A stretch of 64,000 nucleotides of DNA from Rhodocyclaceae bacterium (GCA_030681195.1 JAUXXJ010000047.1:19643-83642), one strand, 5' to 3'. Positions 47,781 to 57,880 are shown, numbered from the stretch's first letter. The notes: generated by a model not told the origin, from the sequence alone. Numbers and translations are program-made.

Positions 47781-47805
47781 CCAGTATGGTTTCTAAATTG
47801 CAGTT

Positions 47806-48180
47806 TTAGACTTGCTGCCTTAGCAACATTCCCTGCATGCGATCCAGCGACTTCGCCAGTTCAACCAGTTCTTCAGATGGAATCTGACGAATCAGTTCGC
47901 CGGTTTGCTGGTCGGTGACACGGACGATGGTTTGTCCGGTTTCGTCATCGATACTGAACTGCAGATTGTTTGCAGCCGTTTGGCTCATCGACTTGCGCAT
48001 TTGCTCTACGGCTTCCTTGATCTGCTCACGGGACGGTTGCTCAGGCGGCGGACTGGCTTTTTGGGGTGCCTCAGCGGGTACGGCATCCCGCTGCGGCGCC
48101 ACCGGCCGGGGCGTACTGCCCTGGACGGGGGCCGGCTGGGGTGCTGTCCCGCCGAGGTTCCCTAGATTTTGAACGGCCAT
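47806..48180 (-). CDS. flaG: FlaG family protein
   Basis: 124 aa. C-terminal LQFSIDDETGQTIVRVTDQQTGELIRQIPSEE signature. Confidence 0.82.
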   Translation of the reverse strand: MAVQNLGNLGGTAPQPAPVQGSTPRPVAPQRDAVPAEAPQKASPPPEQPSREQIKEAVEQMRKSMSQTAANNLQFSIDDETGQTIVRVTDQQTGELIRQIPSEELVELAKSLDRMQGMLLRQQV

Positions 48181-48250
48181 TTTCTGCTCCTTGCCTGAAC
48201 CGCCGGACCTTGTGGGCCCGACGGCTTGCTTGACTTACAACCTTACCCGA

Positions 48251-50011
48251 TTAACCGCGCAGCAGCGTCAGCACTTGCTGGGGCAGCGCATTTGCCTGCG
48301 AGAGCATTGCGATACCAGCCTGTTGCAGGATCTGCGAACGGGTCAGCTTGGCCGTTTCTTCCGCGAAGTCAGCGTCCCTGATGCGCGAACGTGAAGCCGA
48401 GAGGTTTTCCGAGGTGACCTGCAGGTTCTGGATCGTGTTCTCAAAGCGGGACTGCAAGGCGCCGTAACGAGCGCGCTGGTTGTTGATCGAGGCCAGCGCC
48501 GAGTCGATGATCGCCAGTGTGCGCAGGGAAGAATCCACCGTGCCGACATCAACGACATCAACCTTCTGCAGGGCACCTGAGGTGATCGCGTTGCCCCCCT
48601 CATCAGTAAAGAAGTCATTCGTGTTGCCACCGAGGGTGCTGTCGATGCTAAAGGCCTTGTCAGAGTCAAGCGTTAGCTGACCAGTAATCCAGTCGCCATC
48701 ACCATCAGCCCAGCCATCAGCTGCAGCGTTAATTTGGGAGATCATGCCTGCGCTCGTGCTGGTTGCGTCTGCACCGTCGCCCAAAGTATTGGTGAAATCA
48801 CCGTCGAGCACACCAATATCTTCAAAAGAGATGTTTTCATCCGTCTCGCCAGATGCGATACGCAGATCACTGCCATTTTCGTTAGTGAGCCGGATTGCGT
48901 AGGAGGCGCCAGTGGTACCGTCCTCGCTCTCTGTCTTGACGATCTTGGCCACGAAACCAGTTTTCCCCGAGACGTCGTTGAAGGCCTGTGCCGCAGAGTT
49001 GAGCTGCTCCGCAGATAGCACATCCTGTTCTGTGCCATCTGCTGTTGGTGCGCCGCCGACGGTGAAGCTGACTGTAGTGTAAGAATTTGGCTTGGTGTCA
49101 CCACTGGTATCAGTCGTGTCGTTTGACAGATAGAAGGTGTAGGTTTTGCCCTGCCAGAAGCGGCCATCCGTACCTCCGTTGGCTGCTTCAGGCGCTGCCT
49201 CCGCTGTGGCACCGCCAAGGACGAAAGTTGTAACTGCCGAGGCGCGCACACCGCTGTCAGACTGATTGATCGCGGTCGCGATTTCGCGGGCACTGGCGCC
49301 GACACCATAGCGAATGGTATTTGTGCCAGTTGCCGTGTTCAATGCAAATGAACCGGCTTGGTCAATAATTGAACCGCCGCCAACGCTAATGCGCGTTGCG
49401 CGAGCGCGTTCGGTAATGTTGCCATCGGCATTGATTGAGCCCTTGGCCATATCGCCGATACCGCCCTCGGTATAGGCAACAAAGGCGCCGACGCGATAGT
49501 TGCCATAGGCAGCGGTCTGATAGTTGCCGGACGTCGCGGTAATTGTCTGGTTGGCATTGGCACCGACCTGGAATGAAGCGGCGGAGAAGCTGCCATCGAG
49601 CAGGCGCTGGCCGTTGAATTCGGTGGTGGTGGCGATGCGCTGGAGTTCCTGGCTGAGCGACTGAACTTCAGAGTTCAGTGCGGCACGGTCGCCGGCGCTG
49701 TTGGTGGCGTTGGCTGATTGCACGGCCAGTTCACGCATCCGTTGCAGGATGTCGCCGGAGGACTGAAGCGCGCCTTCGGCAACCTGCGCCAGCGAGATAC
49801 CATCGTTGGCGTTACGGCGGGCTTGGTCAAGACCGCGAATCTGTGCGGTGAAGCGTTCCGAGATCGACAGGCCGGCAGCGTCATCCTTGGCGCTGTTGAT
49901 GCGCAGGCCGGACGACAGGCGCTGCAGGGAGACAGCCAGAGCGTTCTGGGAGTTATTGAGGTTCCGCTGGGCACCCAGTGACGGGACGTTGGTGTTGATG
50001 ACTTGGGGCAT
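48251..50011 (-). CDS. fliC: Flagellin (586 aa)
   Basis: Conserved N-terminus ([19 protein letters not shown]...[17 protein letters not shown]) and C-terminus ([41 protein letters not shown]). Confidence 0.97.
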   Translation of the reverse strand: MPQVINTNVPSLGAQRNLNNSQNALAVSLQRLSSGLRINSAKDDAAGLSISERFTAQIRGLDQARRNANDGISLAQVAEGALQSSGDILQRMRELAVQSANATNSAGDRAALNSEVQSLSQELQRIATTTEFNGQRLLDGSFSAASFQVGANANQTITATSGNYQTAAYGNYRVGAFVAYTEGGIGDMAKGSINADGNITERARATRISVGGGSIIDQAGSFALNTATGTNTIRYGVGASAREIATAINQSDSGVRASAVTTFVLGGATAEAAPEAANGGTDGRFWQGKTYTFYLSNDTTDTSGDTKPNSYTTVSFTVGGAPTADGTEQDVLSAEQLNSAAQAFNDVSGKTGFVAKIVKTESEDGTTGASYAIRLTNENGSDLRIASGETDENISFEDIGVLDGDFTNTLGDGADATSTSAGMISQINAAADGWADGDGDWITGQLTLDSDKAFSIDSTLGGNTNDFFTDEGGNAITSGALQKVDVVDVGTVDSSLRTLAIIDSALASINNQRARYGALQSRFENTIQNLQVTSENLSASRSRIRDADFAEETAKLTRSQILQQAGIAMLSQANALPQQVLTLLRG

Positions 50012-50083
50012 GACGATCTCCTGAAGGAATTTCTCAACGCCTGGGGTTTATTCAGGCTCCGAGCGTTTGTGCTCTTGGATCAT

Positions 50084-50111
50084 TTATCGACCCCGGTTCA
50101 TCTTTCTTTAG
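50084..50111 (-). promoter_or_regulatory. Candidate sigma28 (FliA) promoter of the downstream flagellin gene (48251-50011)
   Basis: The minus strand reads CTAAAGaaagatgaaccgggGTCGATAAat. This is TAAAG with consensus spacing and one mismatch in GCCGATAA. Confidence 0.6.
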
Positions 50112-50123
50112 GAAGAAAACATC

Positions 50124-50148
50124 AAAAGTCGGCGCTGGCGAGACGGCA
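50124..50148 (-). repeat. Dispersed 26-nt motif, copy 11
   Basis: Complement reads tgccgtctcgccagcgccgactttt, between the two flagellin genes. Confidence 0.9.
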
Positions 50149-50160
50149 TAACTGCTTGAA

Positions 50161-50198
50161 GTACCAATAAAAAACGGCCACCTTTTAAGGGTGGCCGT
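50161..50198 (-). terminator. Rho-independent terminator after the upstream flagellin gene
   Basis: 10-bp perfect stem AACGGCCACC / GGTGGCCGTT with a 6-nt loop, followed on the minus strand by TTTTATT. Confidence 0.7.
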
Positions 50199-50225
50199 TC
50201 ATTAACGGCGGGATTCTTGAGAACT

Positions 50226-51968
50226 TTACTGACGTAGCAAAGAAAGTACGTTTTGCGGGATGGTGTTGGCCTGTGCCAGCATTGCGGTGCCTGCCTGTTG
50301 CAGGATTTGCGCACGTGTCAGCATGGCGGTTTCCTGGGCGAAATCGGCGTCGCGAATGCGTGAGCGCGAGGCGGAAAGGTTCTCGGCGGTGGTTTCCAGA
50401 TTGGAGATCGTGCTCTCGAAGCGCGCCTGTAAGGCGCCATAGCGAGCGCGCTGGTTGCTGACGGCAGCCAGTGCCGAGTCAACCAGCGACAGGCTACGCA
50501 ATGCGGCATCCACCGTGCTGATGTCGAGCGCCTCGACTTTTTGCAACTGACCGGAAACAACGGTGGTTCCTGCATCTGAGGTGAAAAAGTCGACACCGCC
50601 GTTGCCATCGTTTGCACTGTCAATGCTGTAGGCCCGCTCTGAATCGAGCAGGATTTCGCCAGTGATCCAGCTTCCCTCACCGGTATCCCAGCCAACTGCA
50701 TTGTCGCCGATGTTGGCAACGGTGATAGTTGCGGGAGCGCCTGTTGCGCCGCTGCCTGTCGAGTTAACCGTGTCGCCGTCGAGTACCCCAAAATCTTCGA
50801 TCAACACAGGGGGCTCGCCAGCCCCTGCTGCCATGCGCAAGTCGGCCCCCGTTTCATTCTTCATGGCGATTGCCCAGACATTGCCGTTGGTGCCATCGCT
50901 TTCGACTTTGACCAGCTTTGCCGTGAAGCCGGTTTTTCCTGAAACATCGTTGAAAGCCTGAACGGCGGCATTCAACTGGTCTTGTGAGGTAACGTCGTCC
51001 CCGGGAGAACTGCCACCGACCGTAAAGCTGATGGTGGTGTAAGACGCAGGCGGGTTCGAGGCATCGACGCTCGACACATCCGAAGACATGAAGAACGTAT
51101 AGGTTTGCCCTTGCTGGAAGCGACCTGGCTGCGATACGCCAGCAGCCGGAGAAGCTTCCGATGCGGCACCGCCCAGGACGAACTGGGTGACGGCAGATGC
51201 ACGTACGCCGCTGTCGGAGGCATTGACCTCGTTTGCAATGTCACGGGCGCTTGCACCGGCGTTGTAACGAATGTTTGTTGAGCCGCTGGCGGTGCTCAGT
51301 AGCAAGGAGCCCGGGTTGTTGATGATCGAGCCGGCAGTGGGAGAGGGGCGTGTGGGTTGGGCCCGGTTGGTGACGTTACCATCACCATTGATTGAACCAG
51401 CAACCATGTCCCCAGAGCCGGTCACCGTACTGGCGACAAAGGCACCTACGCGGAAATTGCCATAGGCATTGGTCTGATAGTTGGCGGAGGTCGCGGTGAT
51501 GGACTGGTTGGCATTGGCGCCGACCTGGAACTGGGCTGAGGTGAAAGAGCCATCCAGCAGCTTCTGCCCGTTGAATTCGGTGCTGGTAGAAATACGCTGG
51601 AGTTCCTGCGTGAGCTGCTGGACTTCCGAGTTCAGCGCAGCGCGGTCACCGGCGCTGTTCGTGGCGTTTGCTGATTGAACTGCTAGCTCACGAATGCGTT
51701 GCAGGATGTCTCCCGTCGATTGCAGGGCGCCTTCAGCTACCTGGGCGAGCGAGATGCCATCGTTGGCATTGCGGCGGGCTTGATTCAGGCCGCGAATCTG
51801 CGTGGTGAAGCGTTCCGAAATCGCCAGACCGGCGGCATCGTCCTTCGCACTGTTGATACGCAAACCCGACGACAGGCGCTGGAGAGCAATACCGAGATCT
51901 GCCTGCGAGCGATTCAGGTTACGCTGTGAATTCAGCGAGGCTACGTTGGTGTTGATGATTTGCGGCAT
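50226..51968 (-). CDS. fliC: Flagellin paralog (580 aa)
   Basis: Same conserved termini as the neighbouring flagellin, with a related but diverged central domain. Confidence 0.97.
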   Translation of the reverse strand: MPQIINTNVASLNSQRNLNRSQADLGIALQRLSSGLRINSAKDDAAGLAISERFTTQIRGLNQARRNANDGISLAQVAEGALQSTGDILQRIRELAVQSANATNSAGDRAALNSEVQQLTQELQRISTSTEFNGQKLLDGSFTSAQFQVGANANQSITATSANYQTNAYGNFRVGAFVASTVTGSGDMVAGSINGDGNVTNRAQPTRPSPTAGSIINNPGSLLLSTASGSTNIRYNAGASARDIANEVNASDSGVRASAVTQFVLGGAASEASPAAGVSQPGRFQQGQTYTFFMSSDVSSVDASNPPASYTTISFTVGGSSPGDDVTSQDQLNAAVQAFNDVSGKTGFTAKLVKVESDGTNGNVWAIAMKNETGADLRMAAGAGEPPVLIEDFGVLDGDTVNSTGSGATGAPATITVANIGDNAVGWDTGEGSWITGEILLDSERAYSIDSANDGNGGVDFFTSDAGTTVVSGQLQKVEALDISTVDAALRSLSLVDSALAAVSNQRARYGALQARFESTISNLETTAENLSASRSRIRDADFAQETAMLTRAQILQQAGTAMLAQANTIPQNVLSLLRQ

Positions 51969-52051
51969 GTGACTTCTCCTAGTCTGACGGCTGCAATCGA
52001 GGAGATCGAGTGGGTGAAGCGCATTCGGTCTGCTCTGCTTGAACGATCATC

Positions 52052-52067
52052 AGCATGAAGTGTGCCA
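52052..52067 (-). promoter_or_regulatory. Candidate sigma54 promoter of the upstream flagellin gene (50226-51968)
   Basis: The minus strand reads TGGCACacttcATGCT. No TAAA-N15-GCCGATAA-like element was seen in this region. Confidence 0.55.
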
Positions 52068-52150
52068 AGTTATCTGCAGAGCCGATTTGCCCGCATCACG
52101 GGGTGGTCTGCATGGTTCACTGCAGCGCTTGCCGGCAGCTTGTGCGTGGG

Positions 52151-52167
52151 GCGGCAAGCTTTGCCGC
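52151..52167. promoter_or_regulatory. Palindrome GCGGCAA-GCT-TTGCCGC upstream of the sigma54-type flagellin promoter
   Basis: Perfect 7-bp arms. Centre lies about 118 nt upstream of the predicted transcription start. It also lies just after the MFP stop codon but has no U-tract. Confidence 0.45.
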
Positions 52168-52176
52168 AAGGTGCGA

Positions 52177-53568
52177 TCAGTTTTCCCTGAAGGCGCTAAA
52201 CATGCGCTGGGTGATTGGCTTGAACAGATAAGCCAGGAAGCTTCGTTCGCCCGTCTTGATGATTGCTTCGACCGGCATGCCCGGTCGAAGTTGGCGCGAA
52301 CCTAAGGTGGCCAGGCCTTCTGGGGTGATTTCGATGCGTGCCAGGTAATAGGCTTGTCCGCTCGATGGCTGGCGCATCTGATCGCGCGCGAGCGAGCGTA
52401 CCTGCCCGGCAACGATCAGTTGTGGTTCGTCCGGGAAGGCGTTGATGCGCACGTCGGCAGTCAGGCCGGGATGGATGCGGTCGATGAGGTGGGGTGCGAC
52501 CTGTACGTCTACCAGAAGACGATCCCCTTCCGGAATAATGTCCATCAGGGCGCTGCCTTGCGTGACGGCGCTGCCAGGTGCCAAACCCTGTAAGGAAACG
52601 ACCTGCCCGTCGATGGGTGCTTTTAGAACCGTCCGTTCAAATTCGTCTTTGGCGACGTTGGTTCTTTCCTGTAGCGTCGCTCGCTCGCGGCTTGCTTCGA
52701 TGATGCTGGCCTCGATGTCGCGCTGGATTTCTCTGCGGCGCTGCGCTTGTTGTAGGCGCAACTCGGCCGAGTTATTGGTCGCGATGTTGATGGTGGTCTC
52801 CAGTTCGCTCGCCAGCCGCACCACTTCAACCTGCACACGCTGTGTTTCCAACAGTTGATTGCGCGGCGTGTGGCCGGCATCGACGAGTTTCTTCAAGCCG
52901 CGAATTTGCTCGTCGAGCAGATCGATTTGCTGACGCCGTGAATTGAGCTGCTGGCGCGCCCCCTGCGCGCGGTTCTCGCTCGCGGCGATGCGTTCGCGCA
53001 AAATTCCCAGTTCGTGCGTATGGGAATCATTGCGACTCTCCAGCAGACGCGTTTCGGACATCAGTAGTTCGCGGGCCCATGGCTCGTTGTCTAACAGGGC
53101 AAGATCGGCGGGCATTTCCAGCGCGGGGTTCCCGGCCAGTTCGGCCTGGAGCCGGGCCAACCGTGCCGTGACGGCAAAATACTGCTGCAACGCACTGTTA
53201 AGCGTGGCTTTTTGCTGGGCGTCGTCCAGCGTCAGCAAAACTTCGCCGGATTTGACCGACTGGTTTTCGCTGATATTGAGCTGAGCGATCAGGCCGGATA
53301 CCAGTGGGGTAATGGTCTTGCGCCCCGATTCCACCACGATGCTGCCACTGGCCACCGCCCCTTCGTCGATCGGCGCCAGGCTTGCCCAGGCAAGAAACCC
53401 CACCACGCCATAAAGAATGATGCGCTGGCCAAAGGCGATTGCCCGCTCAAGACTCTTCTCGTTATCCAGGTCGGTTGTGTTGTGGTCTGTAGGCGGGTGT
53501 TTGGTTTGCGATGCTCGGGCGAACAATCGCCGCCAGCCGGTGGAGACTTTATCCGGCATGGGCGGCAT
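52177..53568 (-). CDS. Type I secretion membrane fusion protein (HlyD/AprE family)
   Basis: N-terminal TM segment, long coiled-coil region, lipoyl/beta-barrel segments, and C-terminal PGMPVEAIIKTGERSFLAYLFKP. Confidence 0.9.
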   Translation of the reverse strand: MPPMPDKVSTGWRRLFARASQTKHPPTDHNTTDLDNEKSLERAIAFGQRIILYGVVGFLAWASLAPIDEGAVASGSIVVESGRKTITPLVSGLIAQLNISENQSVKSGEVLLTLDDAQQKATLNSALQQYFAVTARLARLQAELAGNPALEMPADLALLDNEPWARELLMSETRLLESRNDSHTHELGILRERIAASENRAQGARQQLNSRRQQIDLLDEQIRGLKKLVDAGHTPRNQLLETQRVQVEVVRLASELETTINIATNNSAELRLQQAQRRREIQRDIEASIIEASRERATLQERTNVAKDEFERTVLKAPIDGQVVSLQGLAPGSAVTQGSALMDIIPEGDRLLVDVQVAPHLIDRIHPGLTADVRINAFPDEPQLIVAGQVRSLARDQMRQPSSGQAYYLARIEITPEGLATLGSRQLRPGMPVEAIIKTGERSFLAYLFKPITQRMFSAFREN

Positions 53569-55381
53569 CCGCTACGGCAGTGGGAGGGGCGGCGCCGGGC
53601 GACGCAACCGCAGCTGCCGATGGCACTGGTTGGGGCGCAGGTGGGGCAGCCTGAGTGGTTGGCGAAGCGCCGGAAAAAACTTTTGCCAGCACTTGATCGC
53701 GCGGGCCGAATATGACCACTTGACCTGCCTGCATCACGGCGATGGCGTCGCAATGACGAATAGCGGCGGGCCGGTGGCTGACCACAACCACTGTCTGTTT
53801 TTTCTGACGGGCTGAGGCGAGCGCTTTGTCCAGGGCGAGTTCGCCGGCTTCGTCCAGGTTGGCGTTCGGTTCGTCGAGAAAAAGCAGGGGTGGGTTGCCA
53901 TACAGCGCGCGTGCCAGGGCGATGCGCTGACGCTGGCCGCCAGAGAGATAGGCACCGCCGACGCCGACTTGCGTGTCGTAACCCTTGGGCAGTTGCAACA
54001 CCATTTCATGCACGCCGGCCGCCTGGGCAGCCTCAATCACCTTGGTATTGTCGATGTCGCCATGGCGGGCGATGTTTTCCGCCACCGAGCCTTCGAGCAG
54101 TTCGACATCCTGAGGCAAATAGCCGATGTAGGGGCCGATAGCCTGCCGGCGCCATTGCTGCATGTCGGCGCCGTCGATACGCACCACGCCGCCGCGTGGT
54201 AGCCATACGCCAGCCATCAGGCGCATCAGCGTGGATTTCCCCGAGGCACTGGCGCCGATAATCGCGACGCTCAAGCCAGCCGGCACTTTGAGATTGATGC
54301 CACGGATTAACGGCGGATCGACGCCTGGGGCGCCGCCGACCAAGCCCTCCAGTGAAATTTCTCCCTTGGGCGGGGGTAGGGCGACGCTCGAGTAATGACG
54401 CGGTGGCATGCGCAGCACCTTATCGATGCGTTGCCAGGCATCTTGGGCGCCGCCCCATTGTTTCCAGGTTTGAATCAGCTGTTCGATTGGCGCGAGCATG
54501 CGTCCGGAAAGAATTGAGGCGGCAATCATGGCCCCGGGGGAAAGTTCGCCTTGCAGGTATAGATAGGCGCCCACACCGAGGATGATCGATTGCTGGGCGG
54601 CGCGCAAAAAGCGCGTGAGTGCGCCGATCGCCCCTGCGCGCTCGCTGGCGCGTGCCTGTTCCGTGAGGTGTTCGTCCTGTCGATCTTGCCAGCGACGGGT
54701 CATCGAATCGAGCATGCCCATGGCTTCGATGACTTCACTGTTGCGCAGGTTCAGTGTGGCGAAACGCGTGGCTTCGTTGGCGCGCTCGTTGGCGCGCTTG
54801 AGCGGCTCGCGGGTCATGGATTCGGTCAGCCAGGTCAAAAACAATAACAAGCACCCAGCGACCAGTCCCACCATGCCGAGTACCGGGTGGAGCATCATGA
54901 TGACGATGAAGTAAATCGGGACCCAAGGCACGTCAGCGAGGGCGTACACCGCCTGTCCGGTGATGAACTGCCGAACATTGGTCAGATCCACCATCAGCTG
55001 CTTGTTCGAGCCGCCATTCTGTTCGAGGCTGAGGCGGTGCGAGGCATCGAGCAGGCGCTTGCCCAGGGCGTGATCGAAGGCAACGCTGACCGGCACGGCA
55101 ATGCGTGTGCGTGCCCATTCCAGGGCGCCCATCGCTAAATAGGCAAGAATAACCACCAGGCTCATCATGACCAGCGTGGTCAAGTTACGGCTGGTGAGGA
55201 TGCGGTCGTAGATCTGCATCATGAAGATCGACGGCGTGAGCATCAACAGATTGATGACCAGGCTGAAGAACAGCAAGGCGCCCCACGCGGTGGGCATGCC
55301 CAGCAACGTGGTCAAGAGCGGCGATGGCGCGGCGGCTCCGCCGCCCGGTGCCGAAGATGGGTCTGCCGACAATAAGCGCAT
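53549..55381 (-). CDS. Type I secretion ABC transporter permease/ATPase (PrtD/AprD type, no C39 peptidase domain)
   Basis: Six-TM region, Walker A GASASGKST, ABC signature LSGGQRQR, Walker B LLFLDEP. Confidence 0.93.
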   Translation of the reverse strand: MRLLSADPSSAPGGGAAAPSPLLTTLLGMPTAWGALLFFSLVINLLMLTPSIFMMQIYDRILTSRNLTTLVMMSLVVILAYLAMGALEWARTRIAVPVSVAFDHALGKRLLDASHRLSLEQNGGSNKQLMVDLTNVRQFITGQAVYALADVPWVPIYFIVIMMLHPVLGMVGLVAGCLLLFLTWLTESMTREPLKRANERANEATRFATLNLRNSEVIEAMGMLDSMTRRWQDRQDEHLTEQARASERAGAIGALTRFLRAAQQSIILGVGAYLYLQGELSPGAMIAASILSGRMLAPIEQLIQTWKQWGGAQDAWQRIDKVLRMPPRHYSSVALPPPKGEISLEGLVGGAPGVDPPLIRGINLKVPAGLSVAIIGASASGKSTLMRLMAGVWLPRGGVVRIDGADMQQWRRQAIGPYIGYLPQDVELLEGSVAENIARHGDIDNTKVIEAAQAAGVHEMVLQLPKGYDTQVGVGGAYLSGGQRQRIALARALYGNPPLLFLDEPNANLDEAGELALDKALASARQKKQTVVVVSHRPAAIRHCDAIAVMQAGQVVIFGPRDQVLAKVFSGASPTTQAAPPAPQPVPSAAAVASPGAAPPTAVADAAHAG

Positions 55382-55520
55382 CCGAGCATCCTAGTGGAGT
55401 CAGGCTGGCGCAACTCATTGAGTAAAGGGATGATCAGCCGCCTTTCGCAGCAATCGTCCGAGGCTCAGTTGCGTCACACTGCGTTGGTCTATCGGTGTCG
55501 ATATCTTCTTTGGGGTTGCC

Positions 55521-56429
55521 ATGGGCTTGTTATGGATTCCCACCGCGGTCGGAGTCCAATTCGTCATGCTGTACACCTTTCTCGGCGGGCCGGGGGGCTT
55601 GCTGGCGCGGGTGTTCGGTCATTCCCTGTTCGTCACGACAGCGGGATGGGAGCGAGTCCATTTCGGCTTGCCGATGGCCTTGGTGCTGGCCTTTCCTTCC
55701 CTGATGGTGCTGGCGATAATCGAAAAATGGCTGCATCCTGTTGGATTGCTTGACATTGCCGTCGTCCAAGGCGTGGGCCTTGTCATGATCCTGGCGTGGC
55801 TCAAGCACCATCGCGTCCCCAAGCGCATCGCCACTGTGGGCGAGGCAGAAGGTTTGGCGATACCTTCGCCCTGCCCGGTGAGTGATGTTTTGGCCGTTCC
55901 GCCAGCGCCGACTTTTTTTACTAGGCTTGAGCCACCCGTTCAGATGGCCCTGCCCCAACCGGCGGTGGTCGCGGTTTCTCCGAACGAATGTTTGCTGAGA
56001 TGGTTAAACCGGCGCTATCAATGGGATTGCATCGGTTCTGCGCGTACATTTGAGGAACTGCGTCAAGCGCCGCCCGCCGCACAATTGATGCCGCACCATC
56101 TCGCTTTCTGGGGCGCGCAGCGCTACGCGAGTCTGCGTGGTGTGCTTGAGGCCAGTCTGACGGCGCTGCGGGCCAACAAGGGTGTGCCTGAATTGCAGTC
56201 ATCGGCTGAAGATTTCTTTCCCGATGAGGAAGACTACCTGGATGACGTCCTGCGCCGCTTGGTGTGTTCGGTGTATTTCTCGCATGAACCGTTATTCCTC
56301 GACCAAAATGATCTCGAATTGTGCGGCATGGAGAATGTGCGCATCATGTATCGCCTGGCACTGTGGGCGGTGCGGAACGGACCAGAGAATCTGCCGTTGC
56401 CGCAGGCGCACGCGCAGCAACTGCATTGA
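55521..56429 (+). CDS. Hypothetical membrane protein (three predicted TM segments plus a soluble C-domain)
   Basis: The only long ORF in the roughly 960-bp gap between the T1SS ABC and TolC genes, and on the opposite strand. Its 3' end overlaps the tolC-like ORF end by about 86 nt. No recognisable motifs. Confidence 0.4.
   Translation: MGLLWIPTAVGVQFVMLYTFLGGPGGLLARVFGHSLFVTTAGWERVHFGLPMALVLAFPSLMVLAIIEKWLHPVGLLDIAVVQGVGLVMILAWLKHHRVPKRIATVGEAEGLAIPSPCPVSDVLAVPPAPTFFTRLEPPVQMALPQPAVVAVSPNECLLRWLNRRYQWDCIGSARTFEELRQAPPAAQLMPHHLAFWGAQRYASLRGVLEASLTALRANKGVPELQSSAEDFFPDEEDYLDDVLRRLVCSVYFSHEPLFLDQNDLELCGMENVRIMYRLALWAVRNGPENLPLPQAHAQQLH
55892..55919 (+). repeat. Dispersed 26-nt motif, copy 12
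   Basis: ggccgttccgccagcgccgacttttttt, inside the 302-aa hypothetical ORF (read as VPPAPTFF). Confidence 0.9.
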
Positions 56430-57822
56430 CGCCTGCAAGCAGTTCGCCGCCGCCGAGGGCCTTGTACAACTGGGCCGCATTCTCCAGTTGCGCGCGCCGA
56501 ACCTGCAGCGAAAATTGTTGCGTAGCGAGCCATTCGCGGCGCGCATCCAACACATTCAGCATGCTTGCGACGCCGGCCTCGCGGCGTGCTTCGACAATCT
56601 GCAAGCGTTGGTCGTTGATGTTTAGCTGCCTTGCGACGGTGTGAAACTGATCCAGCAGGCTGCTCCTCACCGCCAGCAAATCGGCCACTTCGCGAAATGC
56701 CTCCTGCAAGGTTTTTTCGTAGGCGGCAATCGCCTCCGTGCGCCGCGCGACGTTAACATCCACCTGCCCCTGGGTGCGACCGCCGTCGAGCAAGGGTAAT
56801 GTCAGGCTTGGCTGGAAATTCCAGGCGGCATTGCCGGCGCCTAACAGGCGCGACAGGGAGCCACTGGCCAAGCCGAGGGCGGCTGTGAGCATGATCTTCG
56901 GCAAAAAGGCGGCGCGCGCCGCATCGACACTGGCATAGGCTGCCTTCAGGCGTTCTTCCGCCACCACGACATCGGGACGCGCCAGCAAGACCTCGGCAGG
57001 CAGTCCAGCCGCAAGGTTGTTCACCACCTCTTGGTCGCCAAGAGGGTTGCCCGGCGGCAGTTCATCGGGCATGCGTCCTACCAGCAGCGCCAATTTGTTG
57101 CGTGCCTGCGCCTGTTGCCGTTCGAGGGTGGCCACTTCCGACTTGGCGCCTTCGAACGTGCCTTCGGCCGTCAGTGTCTCCATGTCCGAGGCGAAGCCGG
57201 TCGTTTGCGCCAGCCGGATCAAGTCCAGCGTGCGCTGGCGCAACTGCACTGTCTCGCGCAGCAGTCCGAGGCGCTCTTCGGCATCGAGCAGAGAGAAATA
57301 AGTGTTGGCGACTTCGCCGATCAGGCTGAGGCGAACCCCGCGTTGGGCTGCCGCATTGGCCAGATATTGGGCGCGCTGAGCCGCCGAAAGGCTGCCCAGA
57401 CGGTTCCATAAATCGATTTCGAACGATACGACGCCCACGGACAAATCGGTACGCCGCGAGATGCGATCATTGCCCTCGCCGGCAAGTTCTGCCGACATGC
57501 CGGTAATATTTTGACTGCCGGTGGCCTTGAGGGCAGGCCAGCGTTCGGCTTCGGCAAGACCGTACTCGGCACGGGCAGCTTCGAGGCGCGCAGCGGCGAT
57601 GTGCAGATCCCGGTTATGGGTCAGCGCTGTGTCAATCAGGGCTTGCAGGCGTGGATCAGGGAAAAACTCCTGCCAGCGGGTGAGTCGGGCGTCGCGTTCT
57701 AGGGCCGATGGGGCTGGCGCAGACCAGCGGCTTTCGATTGGCGGGGCAGGGCGCACGAACTCCTCGGCGCCGAAACAGCCGGACAGCAGGAAGGGAAGGA
57801 TGGCAAGGCGGATACGGTGCAT
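56344..57822 (-). CDS. TolC/NodT-family outer membrane channel lipoprotein
   Basis: Lipobox LLSGC, two OEP repeats, LYKALGGG near the C-terminus. Start at MHRIRLAIL; the ORF-track start is 57849. Confidence 0.9.
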   Translation of the reverse strand: MHRIRLAILPFLLSGCFGAEEFVRPAPPIESRWSAPAPSALERDARLTRWQEFFPDPRLQALIDTALTHNRDLHIAAARLEAARAEYGLAEAERWPALKATGSQNITGMSAELAGEGNDRISRRTDLSVGVVSFEIDLWNRLGSLSAAQRAQYLANAAAQRGVRLSLIGEVANTYFSLLDAEERLGLLRETVQLRQRTLDLIRLAQTTGFASDMETLTAEGTFEGAKSEVATLERQQAQARNKLALLVGRMPDELPPGNPLGDQEVVNNLAAGLPAEVLLARPDVVVAEERLKAAYASVDAARAAFLPKIMLTAALGLASGSLSRLLGAGNAAWNFQPSLTLPLLDGGRTQGQVDVNVARRTEAIAAYEKTLQEAFREVADLLAVRSSLLDQFHTVARQLNINDQRLQIVEARREAGVASMLNVLDARREWLATQQFSLQVRRAQLENAAQLYKALGGGELLAGVNAVAARAPAATADSLVRSAPPTVPGDT

Positions 57823-57880
57823 GTCCCGGTAGACACGCAAAAATCGCACCAGACTAGCGGCAGCTATTTTGCCGTGAGGT

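Noticed and set aside
48195-48230. Imperfect hairpin (ccgccggacc...ggcccgacgg) between the downstream flagellin gene and flaG, considered as a terminator.
   Set aside because: The stem has two mismatches and there is no U-tract on the transcribed strand. I cannot support a terminator call.
53951-53972. Partial resemblance to the dispersed motif (ggcaccgccgacgccgacttgcg) inside the ABC transporter gene.
   Set aside because: Only about 9 nt match. The string lacks the CAGCGCC core and the T-run, and it lies near the conserved ABC-signature coding region, so chance similarity is likely.
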